A DNA stretch of 32,312 bases from Promethearchaeota archaeon (GCA_018238625.1 JABCSY010000046.1:1-32312), one strand, 5' to 3'; counted from the first letter of the stretch, positions 18,901 through 28,622 are shown. The notes: a model not told the origin generated them from the letters alone. Numbers and translations: made by a program.

Positions 18901-18982
18901 TAGTTTCAATTTTGAGGGCACAAGAAGCGCACGTCATTCCTCCAAGTTTAATTTTTATTTTTTCGCTTGAACTTGTTTCCAT
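15953..18982 (-). CDS. copA: Cu(I)-translocating P1B-type ATPase with N-terminal HMA, two C-terminal YHS/TRASH domains and a Cys/His tail
   Basis: GMTCASC, TGES, CPCALG, DKTGT, GDGINDAP, YN and MASSS motifs; DPVCGM twice; HCGKPM twice. Confidence 0.95.
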   Translation of the reverse strand: METSSSEKIKIKLGGMTCASCALKIETKLKNLEGVSGSVVNFANEEATVEFDSNRTSYDEFHKTIKDLGYKATLAKIDIRVVESLSESDFNDFVDKVSRIEGIYDVRGNLKASKMFIEFNELQLDESKVYSKIKQLGHKIEKAAGAIDKEIEKHKKEMKYRLRILLIALAFAFIITPISWFVPSTFVRNTFLFFLATADYGVAGSFFLVGAYKSLKNKSTNMDVLVALGTTTAYVYSILTTFLIQGNTFYEAMSMILAFLLIGKYFEHQTKGQTSEAIKKLIGLQPKTATLLKDGIEIEIPIEEIEVGDILVVRPGEKIPLDGRVVKGKTKIDESMITGESRYVKKEIDSEVIGATLNQTGLINIVAEKIGKDTLLFQIINFVKEAQSKKAAKQQLADKVSNYFVPAVIIIATGAFLYWFLIASIGLEISLLVFTSVVVISCPCALGLAIPTAVMVGTGKGAENGILLKGGDSLEAISKINTIVFDKTGTLTVGKPKVSAIFTEKDLKGKGFDVDELLYFAGSAEMGSEHLLGQAIIEEANQKGLTLEIPTEFDAVLGKGIKTNVKSKSVLIGNEKLMEDYNISIGSYKAKFNEFQEQGITTILISVEGEIKGIIGISDKIKDQAPYALEKLREKGLEVFMLTGDNKQTALSIGKQLKFDEQHILAEVLPNEKAEAIKKLQDSEENKVVGMVGDGINDAPALAQADVGIAIGSGTDIAMETADIILMRGDLRNVVSAINLSKKTYRKMITNLFWAFIYNIIGIPIAAGVLYYSTGFFLPPYLAAVFMASSSVSVVGNALFLKRYEPKTPQQIEEERLLISQEKVVDPVCGMEIDPRRALEHEYQGKIYHFCGSNCEAHFKQDPEKFKNYDNMNPKLMQMKSSEEDLVIDPVCGMKGTPEDWIEHEHDGKKYYFCNESCLVKFKKDPHKYVKSENEKEIKEINTIKEDNEVDKKMGKLKCAECGETILELPMHCGKPMHKENNQLVCWMGASCGSQSIPEHCGKPMDVIE

Positions 18983-19236
18983 TTGATACCACCTTTATTC
19001 TAATTCTTAATTATCAACTTAGTTAATTATACATTTTGCTTATATTTTGAAATATTAATGACGTGTTTAAGTGAGACTCTTAATGAGATCTTTTAAAAGG
19101 TTTATAATTTAAAAATTCGTTAAAAATTATACTTTAAAAATTAGGAATTCTTCGAGATAACATCAAAAAAGTGAAGAAACTACTAAAAAAGATTATTCCA
19201 ATTACATAACTTAATAGATATTCAACTAAATAGTTG

Positions 19237-19623
19237 TTATTTTCTACTTTCACGATATTTCTTAATTGCATCTTGCAATCCATCAGCAGCTAAATTACTA
19301 CAATGCAATTTAATTGGAGGTAATCCGTCTAAAGATTCAGCAACATCGGTTCTAGATATCTTCATGGCATCATCAAGCGTTTTGCCCTTGGCTAACTCTG
19401 TTATCATGGAAGAAGTTGCGATAGCAGCTGCACACCCAAATGTTTGAAATGAAACTTCTTTTATTATTTCTGCCCCATTTTTTTCTTCTACTTTAATATA
19501 TATATACATGAGGTCTCCACAAACGGGGTTTCCTACCTCTCCTATTGCGTTAGCATCTTTCATTTCCCCCATATTACGCGGATTTCGAAAATGATCCATT
19601 ACTTTATCTGAATAAATATTCAA
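19237..19623 (-). CDS. iscU: Fe-S cluster scaffold IscU/NifU (start TTG 19623 or ATT 19617)
   Basis: YSDKVMDHFRNPRNMG, NPVCGD, FGCAAAIA and LPPIKLHCS. Confidence 0.95.
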   Translation of the reverse strand: MNIYSDKVMDHFRNPRNMGEMKDANAIGEVGNPVCGDLMYIYIKVEEKNGAEIIKEVSFQTFGCAAAIATSSMITELAKGKTLDDAMKISRTDVAESLDGLPPIKLHCSNLAADGLQDAIKKYRESRK

Positions 19624-19708
19624 TTCACCATTTCTACTGATATGTAATACATTAGAAAAGAAATTGACAAATTTAGTATTTATGATTTTTGCTTTTAAAA
19701 TATAGAAT

Positions 19709-22084
19709 TTAGTTTAAAATCAATAATCTCCTTTTTTTAGGTAAGTTTACTTTCTCTACGCCCAACTCTTTTACATATTCTACTGCTTTAATAAGTTTTT
19801 TTGGAGACTGATGGAAAAAGCATACTTCTTTTGGTTCAAGAGCTTTTATCATTTCAGCAAGCTGTATCTTATCTGCGTGTAATTTAATTTTAAGTTGAGG
19901 CATAAAAGTATTAATCAAAAATGCCCTAAATGGCGCTTTCCACGTTTCAGAGAATTCTATTATATTACCACCCGATATTAAATCAAATCCTGGTTGTTCG
20001 TGAATAGCCCCTGCAAGAAACACTAAATTGTGAGGGTTGCGACCAACCACATTGATAATATTTCGTATTAATCCGTAAGATAGATCTGGAGGGTGAGAAA
20101 TTATTATATTATTCTTCTTCCGCAAAAATTCTAAATCGTTGCGCTCAAACCATCTAAATTTAATGCTATTAAAAGGATTGGCTTTATTTTTTATTAATCG
20201 TGAAATAGGGCCGTAGATATATTCGTATCGATGATTGATTACTTGAATGTTTTTTCTAACCATCATATCTACGTAAATATTTGGGCGTTTTGTATAATTT
20301 TTTCTTAATTGTAACTTTCTGAAATACCTCCAAAACGTCAGCATAAAGCTTATGGCTAAACTTGAGGGGTCTGCTCCGATTAAAACGTTATCTTCATATT
20401 CCGCTTTTTGTTCTAAGAAGAGAATTAAACTATGAAATTGATCGGATATCTCTCCATGTTCTTCATGGGCACTGGTTCCGTCAATTAAGAGATAATCTAT
20501 AGGACGAGAAATTTGTTCTAAAAATCTTTTTGTCCCAGCAAAAGGCGTTATATCATAATATGTATAATCACCAGTGTATAAAAACCTAAAATCATTAACT
20601 TTTGCTAGTACCATCAATGCTCCCGGCATATGACCGGCGTGAAAAAACGATAGAAAACATCCGTTATCTTTAAATTCTATTTTATCTCCGTTTTCGACGT
20701 AAATAACATTTTTAACAATATTTCGATATTCCTCTTCGTCGACCTCTTCGTGATTTTCTTGTTTTAAGAAGTTTGAATCTCTTAAGAGGAACAAATCTAA
20801 CGTAATTCTTGAGCAAAGAACAGGTACTTCGGGGTTGAGCTGTATTAACTTCTTAAGGCCCGAAATATGGTCGTAATGACTATGTGAGACAAAAATAGCA
20901 TCTATTTTTGGTATAAACGATGTTTGACTTTGATTATTTTCAGAAGCTAATTCCTTTTCAATATCCTCTTTTTCTACATGTCTTTTTTCTTCTTCTAAAA
21001 TCAATTGAGGCAAGTTCTCGAGATATTCTTCTATATATATCGAATCGTCAGGTCTTTCATAAGTTTCTTTTACATCTTCCCCTTCTTTATCTTCTGTCTC
21101 TTCCTTCTCTTCTTTTATTTTTGAATCTGAAATGCCACAATCTAATAATATGTTAAGATTTCCTAAACCTAGGATGTGGCAGTTATGATTTGGTTTAAGC
21201 ACAATAGGATAAATGGTTACTCTCGTTTTCTCGTCTTTATTTTCGCTAGAAATAGATATGTTTTTAAAATAATTAGCATCAAACTTTCTCTCGATCTTAT
21301 CAATCGCTACTGAAATTTGACTTGCTCCTACGGGAACCCCCGTGATATAAAAATACCAGCCATACTTTCTTACCAAACTCTTGAGATTTTCATACATTTT
21401 ATCCCCAATTAGAGATTTAACAACAATAACCCTCTCTTTTTTGTAATAAATAAATTTTCCAATAGATTTTTTCTCTTTTAAGGGGATATCTTGATTTTCA
21501 ACCAACAAATCATGTAAGACGTCTTTAATTGGCATTTGAGGGATATTTCTTGATTTGATAAGCTTTAAATATTGAAAATATTCTTTGGTGTGGTATAAGT
21601 TACGCATGTTTTCTTTTTCTTTTAGTGGAATAACTAAGTCTTCGAACTGATAGTCTTCTCTGCTTACGGTTTTTTCTTCTTTTTTAGATTCTTTCTTATT
21701 CTTTCCCGTTTTTGCCTTGCTGGATTTTTGTTTAGACTTAGGTTTAGAAACGAAAAAAAACCAACCGTAGGAATTAATTAGTTTTCCTCTATTCCAAATG
21801 ATATCCTGCCCCGAATGAGTCGTAACTACAATAATTCTATCTTTTAGAGAGTATATTATTTTTGATATCGAATCTTTAGTCTTTTTAGAAATGTAACTAT
21901 TTTTTAATAGCAAATCATTTAAGACTTCTTCAATTGGTTTCTGAGGAATTTTCTTACTTTCCATTAATCTTAATTTGTCATGATAAGATCTTATTTTGTA
22001 GGAAGAACCTAATTCTTCTCTTTTTTCGAGCTCTATTGTTTTATCTAAAAATTTAAATTCCTCTTTATCCATTATGTTAAACAA
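19709..22084 (-). CDS. Metallo-beta-lactamase/beta-CASP ribonuclease-like protein with a duplicated N-terminal KH-like domain
   Basis: LLDCG, SHSHYDH, AGHMPG, YTGDY, DGT, LHAD and FFH motifs; tandem ~80-aa repeat ending YGWxFxV/I. Confidence 0.85.
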   Translation of the reverse strand: MFNIMDKEEFKFLDKTIELEKREELGSSYKIRSYHDKLRLMESKKIPQKPIEEVLNDLLLKNSYISKKTKDSISKIIYSLKDRIIVVTTHSGQDIIWNRGKLINSYGWFFFVSKPKSKQKSSKAKTGKNKKESKKEEKTVSREDYQFEDLVIPLKEKENMRNLYHTKEYFQYLKLIKSRNIPQMPIKDVLHDLLVENQDIPLKEKKSIGKFIYYKKERVIVVKSLIGDKMYENLKSLVRKYGWYFYITGVPVGASQISVAIDKIERKFDANYFKNISISSENKDEKTRVTIYPIVLKPNHNCHILGLGNLNILLDCGISDSKIKEEKEETEDKEGEDVKETYERPDDSIYIEEYLENLPQLILEEEKRHVEKEDIEKELASENNQSQTSFIPKIDAIFVSHSHYDHISGLKKLIQLNPEVPVLCSRITLDLFLLRDSNFLKQENHEEVDEEEYRNIVKNVIYVENGDKIEFKDNGCFLSFFHAGHMPGALMVLAKVNDFRFLYTGDYTYYDITPFAGTKRFLEQISRPIDYLLIDGTSAHEEHGEISDQFHSLILFLEQKAEYEDNVLIGADPSSLAISFMLTFWRYFRKLQLRKNYTKRPNIYVDMMVRKNIQVINHRYEYIYGPISRLIKNKANPFNSIKFRWFERNDLEFLRKKNNIIISHPPDLSYGLIRNIINVVGRNPHNLVFLAGAIHEQPGFDLISGGNIIEFSETWKAPFRAFLINTFMPQLKIKLHADKIQLAEMIKALEPKEVCFFHQSPKKLIKAVEYVKELGVEKVNLPKKRRLLILN

Positions 22085-22163
22085 TTTTTTTTAGAGTAAA
22101 AGGTTTATTGAGAAAAACTAAGATACAAAAAAAAATGAGAATGATAGTTTTTAGTAATTAAAG

Positions 22164-22826
22164 CTATTGATATAATTTGATTACTTTCTCAAGATCGATT
22201 GGCCCGTTCACATTTATTAGGCCGACTAAATTCTGATCTAATGGCTTTATCGATTCCTCAACTGATATGTAGTTTATGTTCCAAGTCTTATCGACTATAC
22301 TGTTCAAAGCGTAATTTTTTTCTTGAATTGTTTTTTTCGCAAGTTCGTACGTTTTTTCAACGGGATAGATAGCAAATAATGGCTCTAAAAAACCATTATT
22401 CCATCTTGGAATACAACAATCGTATCCTTCGACTTCTTTAATCAATAATTCGACCACTTCAGGTTTGATCAAAGGCATATCGCCCGATAATAGAAAGCCC
22501 TTTTCAAAACCTAAATTATTCAATTCTTTAAAACCAGAATATATACCTAACATTGGAGTTCTTACATCTGGCTCTCCAATAATTTCTGCATCGTCAACGA
22601 TGAAGTTAATGTCTCTTGGAAAATTAATCTCTCTGTAATAAGAATTAATCTGATATTCTGAGTTAGCAACCAAAAAAATGTCTTCGTCAAATTTAGAAAG
22701 CGTTTCTATTTGATGTAAAATTAACGGTTTTCCGAGTACATCTAAAACAGCAGCCGATTTGTTTCCAAAGCGGATGTTTTTTCCGCCTATTAATATTACA
22801 ATTGCGAGCTTTTTTTGATCATCCAT
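22164..22826 (-). CDS. mobA: MobA-like nucleotidyltransferase (molybdenum cofactor guanylyltransferase family)
   Basis: ILIGGKNIRFG, GKPLI, PMLGIYSG, SGDMPLI, EPLFAIY and INVN. Confidence 0.75.
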   Translation of the reverse strand: MDDQKKLAIVILIGGKNIRFGNKSAAVLDVLGKPLILHQIETLSKFDEDIFLVANSEYQINSYYREINFPRDINFIVDDAEIIGEPDVRTPMLGIYSGFKELNNLGFEKGFLLSGDMPLIKPEVVELLIKEVEGYDCCIPRWNNGFLEPLFAIYPVEKTYELAKKTIQEKNYALNSIVDKTWNINYISVEESIKPLDQNLVGLINVNGPIDLEKVIKLYQ

Positions 22827-22864
22827 TTTTAAATTTAACCTTTCAAGTAAGTTATAAACAATTA

Positions 22865-24088
22865 TTATTGATGGTTATTCTTATCAAACATATATTGTAC
22901 ACCCTTTTTAAGAGGTGACATTTTTCTAAGTCTTTCTATTATTGGGGGTAATTTTTCTAAGAAGTAATCTACATCATCTTCCGTAGTAAACCTCCCAACC
23001 GTAGCTCTTAAAGAACCATGAGCTTCTTCTGGTCTCAAACCTATAGCAAGTAATACGTGAGAAGGGTCTAATGATTTAGAAGAACAAGCTGAGCCTGTAG
23101 ATGTAGCTATTCCTTCCCCATCTAAATCCAAAACAATGGATTCTCCTTCGATAAATCTAAACCCCAGGTTAACGTTATTAGGTAATCGTTGAGATGGGTG
23201 TCCGTTTAAATACGAATCCTCAATATTATTAAGGACGGTACGAATAATCTTATCGCGTAATTTAGTTTCCCTTTCAATTTCTTTTGGCATTTCTTCCTTA
23301 GCTATTTCCACTGCTTTTGCAAAACCCGCGATCCCAGGAATATTTACTGTGCTCGGCCTCATATCTCGCTCGTGACTACCGCCATACATAATTGGTTCAA
23401 TGTACTTCCCCCAACCATCTCTAATCCCTTTGTTTCGTATATATAGCATTCCAACTCCTTTAGGTCCATACAACTTGTGAGCTGTCGCAGATAATAAATC
23501 TATATTCAGTTCATTTACATCAATTGGAACTTTACCAAACGCTTGAACAGCGTCCGTATGGAAAATTATATCGTGATTTTTGGCGATTTTTCCAATTTCT
23601 TTAATAGGTTCTATAGTTCCTATCTCGTTGTTTGCAAACATTACGCTGATAAGGATTGTTTTGTCCGTAATTTTATCTTCTAACTCTTTTAGATTTATTA
23701 AGCCAGATTTATCAACAGGTAGGAAAGTTAACTTAAAACCTCTTTTTTCCAATTGTTTGCACGTATTATCGACGGCATGATGCTCTATTGCAGAAGTAAT
23801 AATGTGATTTCCTCTGCTCTTATTTTTCAACGCAACGCCCAATATTGCCAGATTATCCGCTTCTGTCCCTGAAGACATAAAAAATATCTCGTCTCTCTGG
23901 ACGTTAATTAATGACGCTACAGTTTGGCGAGATTTCACTAATATTTGAGCGGCTTTTTGACCAATCGAATGTAGACTCGAAGAATTTCCATACGATTCTC
24001 TGAAATGTTTATTAACTTCTTCAATCACACGAGGGTCCATTGGCGTAGTCGCGGCATAATCAAGATAAATGTACTTCGATGTATCCAT
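22865..24088 (-). CDS. iscS: Cysteine desulfurase IscS/NifS
   Basis: YLDYAATTP, HTDAVQ, AHKLYGPKGVG (PLP Lys) and GSACSS (catalytic Cys). Confidence 0.95.
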   Translation of the reverse strand: MDTSKYIYLDYAATTPMDPRVIEEVNKHFRESYGNSSSLHSIGQKAAQILVKSRQTVASLINVQRDEIFFMSSGTEADNLAILGVALKNKSRGNHIITSAIEHHAVDNTCKQLEKRGFKLTFLPVDKSGLINLKELEDKITDKTILISVMFANNEIGTIEPIKEIGKIAKNHDIIFHTDAVQAFGKVPIDVNELNIDLLSATAHKLYGPKGVGMLYIRNKGIRDGWGKYIEPIMYGGSHERDMRPSTVNIPGIAGFAKAVEIAKEEMPKEIERETKLRDKIIRTVLNNIEDSYLNGHPSQRLPNNVNLGFRFIEGESIVLDLDGEGIATSTGSACSSKSLDPSHVLLAIGLRPEEAHGSLRATVGRFTTEDDVDYFLEKLPPIIERLRKMSPLKKGVQYMFDKNNHQ

Positions 24089-24213
24089 AATTAATCATGA
24101 ACAATAATTTTAGATTCTTCTATTTTAATAATTATCATACTTAAATTATTAACTCTTATGATTGGGTTTTATAACTAAAATAAAAAAAAATTAAATTAAT
24201 AAGAAAAAGAAAA

Positions 24214-24954
24214 TTACAAAATTGCAGTTTTCCGTTGAAAAAGTATAATACCGAGAATTATTCCACCAATACCCCAAAGAGTAATAAATATCAAATTTAT
24301 GCCAACCAAATCAAAAGATACGCTTCCTAAATTCATTACGCTCTGCATTGCGTTTACTGCGAGGGCAGTAGGAAGGAAATCTATTAATGGTTCTTGCACA
24401 AAGGCTCCTCCAAGGAATTGAAGGGGTAATATTATGAACCATGCTAAACCACCTGCTGAACTGCTGGTTTTTATAAAGGATGCTAAAATTAACCCAAATC
24501 CAAGAGAAGTAAATGTAATTAAGAAAGGAATAAATAAAATGAGAAAAATATTCGCATCAGGATGAAAAGTCATACCAACTAAAGTTCCAAATATAAGTAT
24601 AATAACAATTTGAATTGCTCCAATTACTAATTGAGAGAATAACCCGGATAAAAGAATTGTATGCCGAGACACGGGTGTAGTTATTAAACGTTGAATTGCC
24701 CCTAATTCTTTTTCTTCAGCAAAATGAGATGCTAATGTTGAAATTATTACTACTGGCCCAGTAATTAGAAGTCCTGCACCCATAATTTCAAAAACTTCAA
24801 TTCCATAAGCGAAACGAAATAAAACGATAAACAGAATTGGATATCCTATCAACCATACTAAATTGGCTTTATCTCTTATCATTGACTTTAAGTTTTTAAC
24901 CACTAAATGCCATAAACGATTAGGTTTTTGAGTTTTTTTCAGTTGAGAGCTCAT
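24214..24954 (-). CDS. ABC-2 type exporter permease
   Basis: About six TM helices; EEKELGAIQRLITTPV motif; start overlaps the ATPase stop. Confidence 0.9.
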   Translation of the reverse strand: MSSQLKKTQKPNRLWHLVVKNLKSMIRDKANLVWLIGYPILFIVLFRFAYGIEVFEIMGAGLLITGPVVIISTLASHFAEEKELGAIQRLITTPVSRHTILLSGLFSQLVIGAIQIVIILIFGTLVGMTFHPDANIFLILFIPFLITFTSLGFGLILASFIKTSSSAGGLAWFIILPLQFLGGAFVQEPLIDFLPTALAVNAMQSVMNLGSVSFDLVGINLIFITLWGIGGIILGIILFQRKTAIL

Positions 24955-25892
24955 TAATCTCGTAACCTCCTTCCTGTTAAATCAATAAATACATCTTCTA
25001 AAGTGTTCTCACGAACAGATAAATCCTTCATTTCTACTTTTACAACATCCATAATATCAGAGATTCGTCTTAAACCATCAAGAGCGTTTAAAAGAATTCG
25101 CCGTTTACCCACCGATTTTCCCCAGCGTACAAAATCTAGTTTTGTAGCAAGTTCAATGACCTCATCCCTTTTTTCTGGGTTGCTAATCTTGAATTCTATT
25201 ATGTCTCCCTCCCCTAGCTTTCCTTTTAATTCGCTTGGGGTACCTTTGGCAATAATTTTTCCGTAGTCAAATATAAGCAATTCATCTGAGAGATCATCAG
25301 CTTCCTCCATGTTATGGGTTGTTAAGATTATTGTACTATCTCTTTCTTGGAACTCTTTAATGAAATCCCATACAACTCGTCTTGATTGCGGATCTAAACC
25401 AGCTGTAGGTTCGTCAAAAAAAATTAGCTCTGGTTCGTGAATTACAGCCATTAATACGTTTAATCTTCGTTTCATTCCACCCGAATAAGTCTTGGATAAA
25501 GAATCAGCTCGATCCAATAGATTCATCCTTCCAAGTAAATCATCAGTTCGTTCTTTATAATCTTTTTTAATAATACCATGCATTTGAGCAATAAGATGAA
25601 TATTTTCTCTTGCTGTTAAACGAGGATAAATTACCAGTTCTTGCGGGCATACACCAATTCTTTTTCTTATTTCACTTGCTTCTTTTCTTAGATTAAACCC
25701 TAAAACAGTAGCCTCTCCATCTGTTGGGTAAAGAATTGTAGACAACATTCGAATTGTCGTCGTCTTTCCAGCTCCATTTGGTCCAAGTACGCCATACAAG
25801 TACCCTTTGGGAATCTTTAAGTCGATTCCATCAACGGCGTGGATATCGCCAAAATATTTTTTTAAATTAAAAGTCTCAATTGCGTATTCCAT
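24954..25892 (-). CDS. ABC-2 exporter ATP-binding protein (DrrA-like)
   Basis: GPNGAGKTT, YSGGMKRRL, FDEPTAGLD and TTH. Confidence 0.95.
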   Translation of the reverse strand: MEYAIETFNLKKYFGDIHAVDGIDLKIPKGYLYGVLGPNGAGKTTTIRMLSTILYPTDGEATVLGFNLRKEASEIRKRIGVCPQELVIYPRLTARENIHLIAQMHGIIKKDYKERTDDLLGRMNLLDRADSLSKTYSGGMKRRLNVLMAVIHEPELIFFDEPTAGLDPQSRRVVWDFIKEFQERDSTIILTTHNMEEADDLSDELLIFDYGKIIAKGTPSELKGKLGEGDIIEFKISNPEKRDEVIELATKLDFVRWGKSVGKRRILLNALDGLRRISDIMDVVKVEMKDLSVRENTLEDVFIDLTGRRLRD

Positions 25893-26134
25893 AGGATTAC
25901 ACCTTATTTTAATGCGTTTAAAATTATTTTAAGTATCTATTGTTAATATTTTTAATTATTTTACATACAATTTAAAAAAAGAGTAGCCCAATTTTTAGTG
26001 GAATCTAAAAATTTCTCAATGAGTTGAAAATTTACCTAACAAATATTAAATCTCTAAAAAGAGAAATTTAAATATCATTAAAGAGAAAGTATTCTATCAA
26101 TTTTAAAAAAAAAAGAAATAGATGTGTATAAAAA

Positions 26135-27727
26135 TTGAAAGATGATAAAAACATAATTAAAGATCTCTCAAAAGCAATTGGTAAGGATTTGAAGCAGGTG
26201 GATATCATCAATCAAGTCTCTTTTGGCTTAACTTATAAATTTACTGATGAAAATATAACTGAACTTGGTTTAGATTTATCAAAACTTAGTTTAGATGAAA
26301 ACAAGCTAACTCTCGTTGGTGAATTGGTTCAAAAACTTCAAAACCTTAAAAGTTTTTATGTAACGGTTTCTAAGAATAACGATCTTCCTAATTGGCTAAT
26401 GCAACTTACCAATTTAGAGCAATTAAGTTTGCGAAGAAACGATTTACAGAACATACCTGATGGTATAAAAAATTTTACGTCTCTTAAGTCATTAAACATG
26501 GAATATAATAATATCATTGAATTACCCGATTGGCTATTGGATTTAAGTGAATTAAATGAGTTACACCTGGATAAAAACGATTTTCTTGACTGGAACCAAA
26601 AGAATCTTAATATTTTGAGAGCCTTGCACGATAGAGGGGGGAAAATCTCAGCGTCTAGGTTATTTCGTTTTCAACTTAAGTACAATTTACCTAGCGAACA
26701 AATAGAGATAATAAGAGAGCTTGAAAAAGAAAATATTGAAAAAATGAGAAAGAAACAATATGTAAATCCAATTAACATAAAGATTGAAAATGAGAAAATA
26801 ATTAGCTGGAAAATGCATGAATATTCATTTAAAACGCTGCCAGAAAATTTTGGAGCGTTTAAAGATCTAAAATCCTTAATCATAACTAACACACCCATCG
26901 AAGTATTACCAGAGTCTTTTGGAGAATTAACAAATCTCGAATTTCTTGATTTATCAAATAATAACCTAAATCAATTGCCGGAGTCATTTGGAAATCTTGT
27001 TCTAATTTCGAAATTAAATTTAAGCAAAAACAATTTTGTCCAGATTCCCACGCAATTATGGAACTTCAATGAATTAACAGATTTGCAGCTAGGCGATAAT
27101 CCACTAAATACCGAGGAGAAAAACATCATTCAGAAGATTCCTGATATTATTAGAGATTATTTGAGAAAAAAAGCTACAATCAAGGTTTTCATATCTCATG
27201 CGGTTATTGATTTTGAAGAATACCGTATTGAACAACTCGTAGAATTTTTAAACAACCAAAAAGAGATTTCTGAAGCGTATTTTTGTGAAGCGGATCTTGC
27301 TGGAAATATCGATGAATGGATGTTGGATACAGTTCAAAAGTCTCAACTTTTATTGTTTATTGCTACGAAAAAATCTGTGTTTGATTCAGCTGATTGTCGA
27401 AATGAATTAGAACTTGCAGATAAATTCTCAATTCCGATAATTCCATTGAAAGGGGATGATGTAGATTGGGCAGATTTAGCAGAATTAAAATTATCCCGTG
27501 AATTAGGTATAGAATTTGATAAAAAGAATTTTGATGATTTCTGCACCGACCTTTACGAATATGTCCTTAATTTCAAGCAAGAAATCGATTTGATGTCGGA
27601 AAAAGGCCGAAAACAAGGGATTACTGACATCTATGAAAGATTTCGCCTTTTATTAAATGAAAATTTAGACAATTTGAAACGAAAAATCAATCAACTTGAG
27701 GAAAGGATTAAAAAATTAGAGGAATAA
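26135..27727 (+). CDS. LRR - TIR - coiled-coil protein
   Basis: Two capped LRR blocks (LPESFGxLxxLxxLxLxxN); TIR VFISHA...SADCRNEL...IIPL; C-terminal LDNLKRKINQLEERIKKLEE. Confidence 0.9.
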   Translation: MKDDKNIIKDLSKAIGKDLKQVDIINQVSFGLTYKFTDENITELGLDLSKLSLDENKLTLVGELVQKLQNLKSFYVTVSKNNDLPNWLMQLTNLEQLSLRRNDLQNIPDGIKNFTSLKSLNMEYNNIIELPDWLLDLSELNELHLDKNDFLDWNQKNLNILRALHDRGGKISASRLFRFQLKYNLPSEQIEIIRELEKENIEKMRKKQYVNPINIKIENEKIISWKMHEYSFKTLPENFGAFKDLKSLIITNTPIEVLPESFGELTNLEFLDLSNNNLNQLPESFGNLVLISKLNLSKNNFVQIPTQLWNFNELTDLQLGDNPLNTEEKNIIQKIPDIIRDYLRKKATIKVFISHAVIDFEEYRIEQLVEFLNNQKEISEAYFCEADLAGNIDEWMLDTVQKSQLLLFIATKKSVFDSADCRNELELADKFSIPIIPLKGDDVDWADLAELKLSRELGIEFDKKNFDDFCTDLYEYVLNFKQEIDLMSEKGRKQGITDIYERFRLLLNENLDNLKRKINQLEERIKKLEE

Positions 27728-27744
27728 ATTTGAATATAAATATA

Positions 27745-27903
27745 TCATACTATTTTATATGAATCTTCATCTTTAGAGGGCTTTTTACCCTTTTGAGGAA
27801 AAATACGTCTCCGATATTTTTTTTTTTTTTTAAAAACAACTCCGTATTCTTCATTATTGCTATTTGAATCATTTGAATCTTCTTCATTAGCTTTTGGCAT
27901 CAT
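27745..27903 (-). CDS. Putative 52-aa charged microprotein spanning an A15 tract (not in ORF track)
   Basis: Translates as MMPKANEEDSNDSNSNNEEYGVVFKKKKKYRRRIFPQKGKKPSKDEDSYKIV*. It occupies about half of the intergenic gap, with a TTTATAT box about 40 nt upstream. Confidence 0.5.
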   Translation of the reverse strand: MMPKANEEDSNDSNSNNEEYGVVFKKKKKYRRRIFPQKGKKPSKDEDSYKIV

Positions 27904-28052
27904 ACATTCAGTTTTTTTATGTTATTTATTATCTATCTAAATATAAATATCCTAATTCGGATATTTAAATCTTCTAATAAAGAAAAACCTTAAAGTTTTT
28001 AATTTAATGATTTGAATTTATATTAAAAAATAATCATTTAAAATTTTTAGGC

Positions 28053-28613
28053 ATGACATTTAAACTGATGGTTGGTATAACGGGTACAGGTTATATACTT
28101 AAAGAGTTAATTGATTTAATGATTGATTTGCAAAATAATCATGATATTGATATTACTGTAATTCTTTCAAAGGAAGGTGCAGCGGTTGTTAAATGGTATA
28201 AGATGTGGTTAGCTCTAACTAAAGCAGTAGAAAAAGTTAAAGTAGAAAAAACCCCAAATATACCGTTTTATGCGGGACCCCTACAGCTTGGCAAATATGA
28301 TCTATTTTTAGTTGCCCCAGTTTCTGCAAATACTATCGCTAAAATTGTGTATGGTATAGCAGATACGCTAATTACTAACTGCGTGGCTCAAGCTATTAAA
28401 GGAGGTCAAACAGTATATATTTTCCCTTCAGATCAAGATACTGAGCCAATTGTTACTTCTCGACCCGATGGAACGCCATTAGTGTTAAAAATCAGAGATA
28501 TTGAACTAGAGAACATTAAAAAATTAAAGAGTATGGAAGGTATTGTAGTAATTTCTGATTTTTCTGAAATTAAAAACATTGTTATTCAAAAAGCTAAAGA
28601 AAAATCACAATAA
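28053..28613 (+). CDS. afpA: Archaeoflavoprotein AfpA (HFCD-like flavoprotein family)
   Basis: GITGTG, AGPLQLGKYD, APVSANTIAKIVYGIADTLITN and PSD. Confidence 0.85.
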   Translation: MTFKLMVGITGTGYILKELIDLMIDLQNNHDIDITVILSKEGAAVVKWYKMWLALTKAVEKVKVEKTPNIPFYAGPLQLGKYDLFLVAPVSANTIAKIVYGIADTLITNCVAQAIKGGQTVYIFPSDQDTEPIVTSRPDGTPLVLKIRDIELENIKKLKSMEGIVVISDFSEIKNIVIQKAKEKSQ

Positions 28614-28622
28614 GTTAGTTAT

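Noticed and set aside
19065-19100. Possible copper-regulator operator upstream of copA
   Set aside because: Only a short imperfect repeat (tgagactctt/tgagatctt); no regulator gene in the window.
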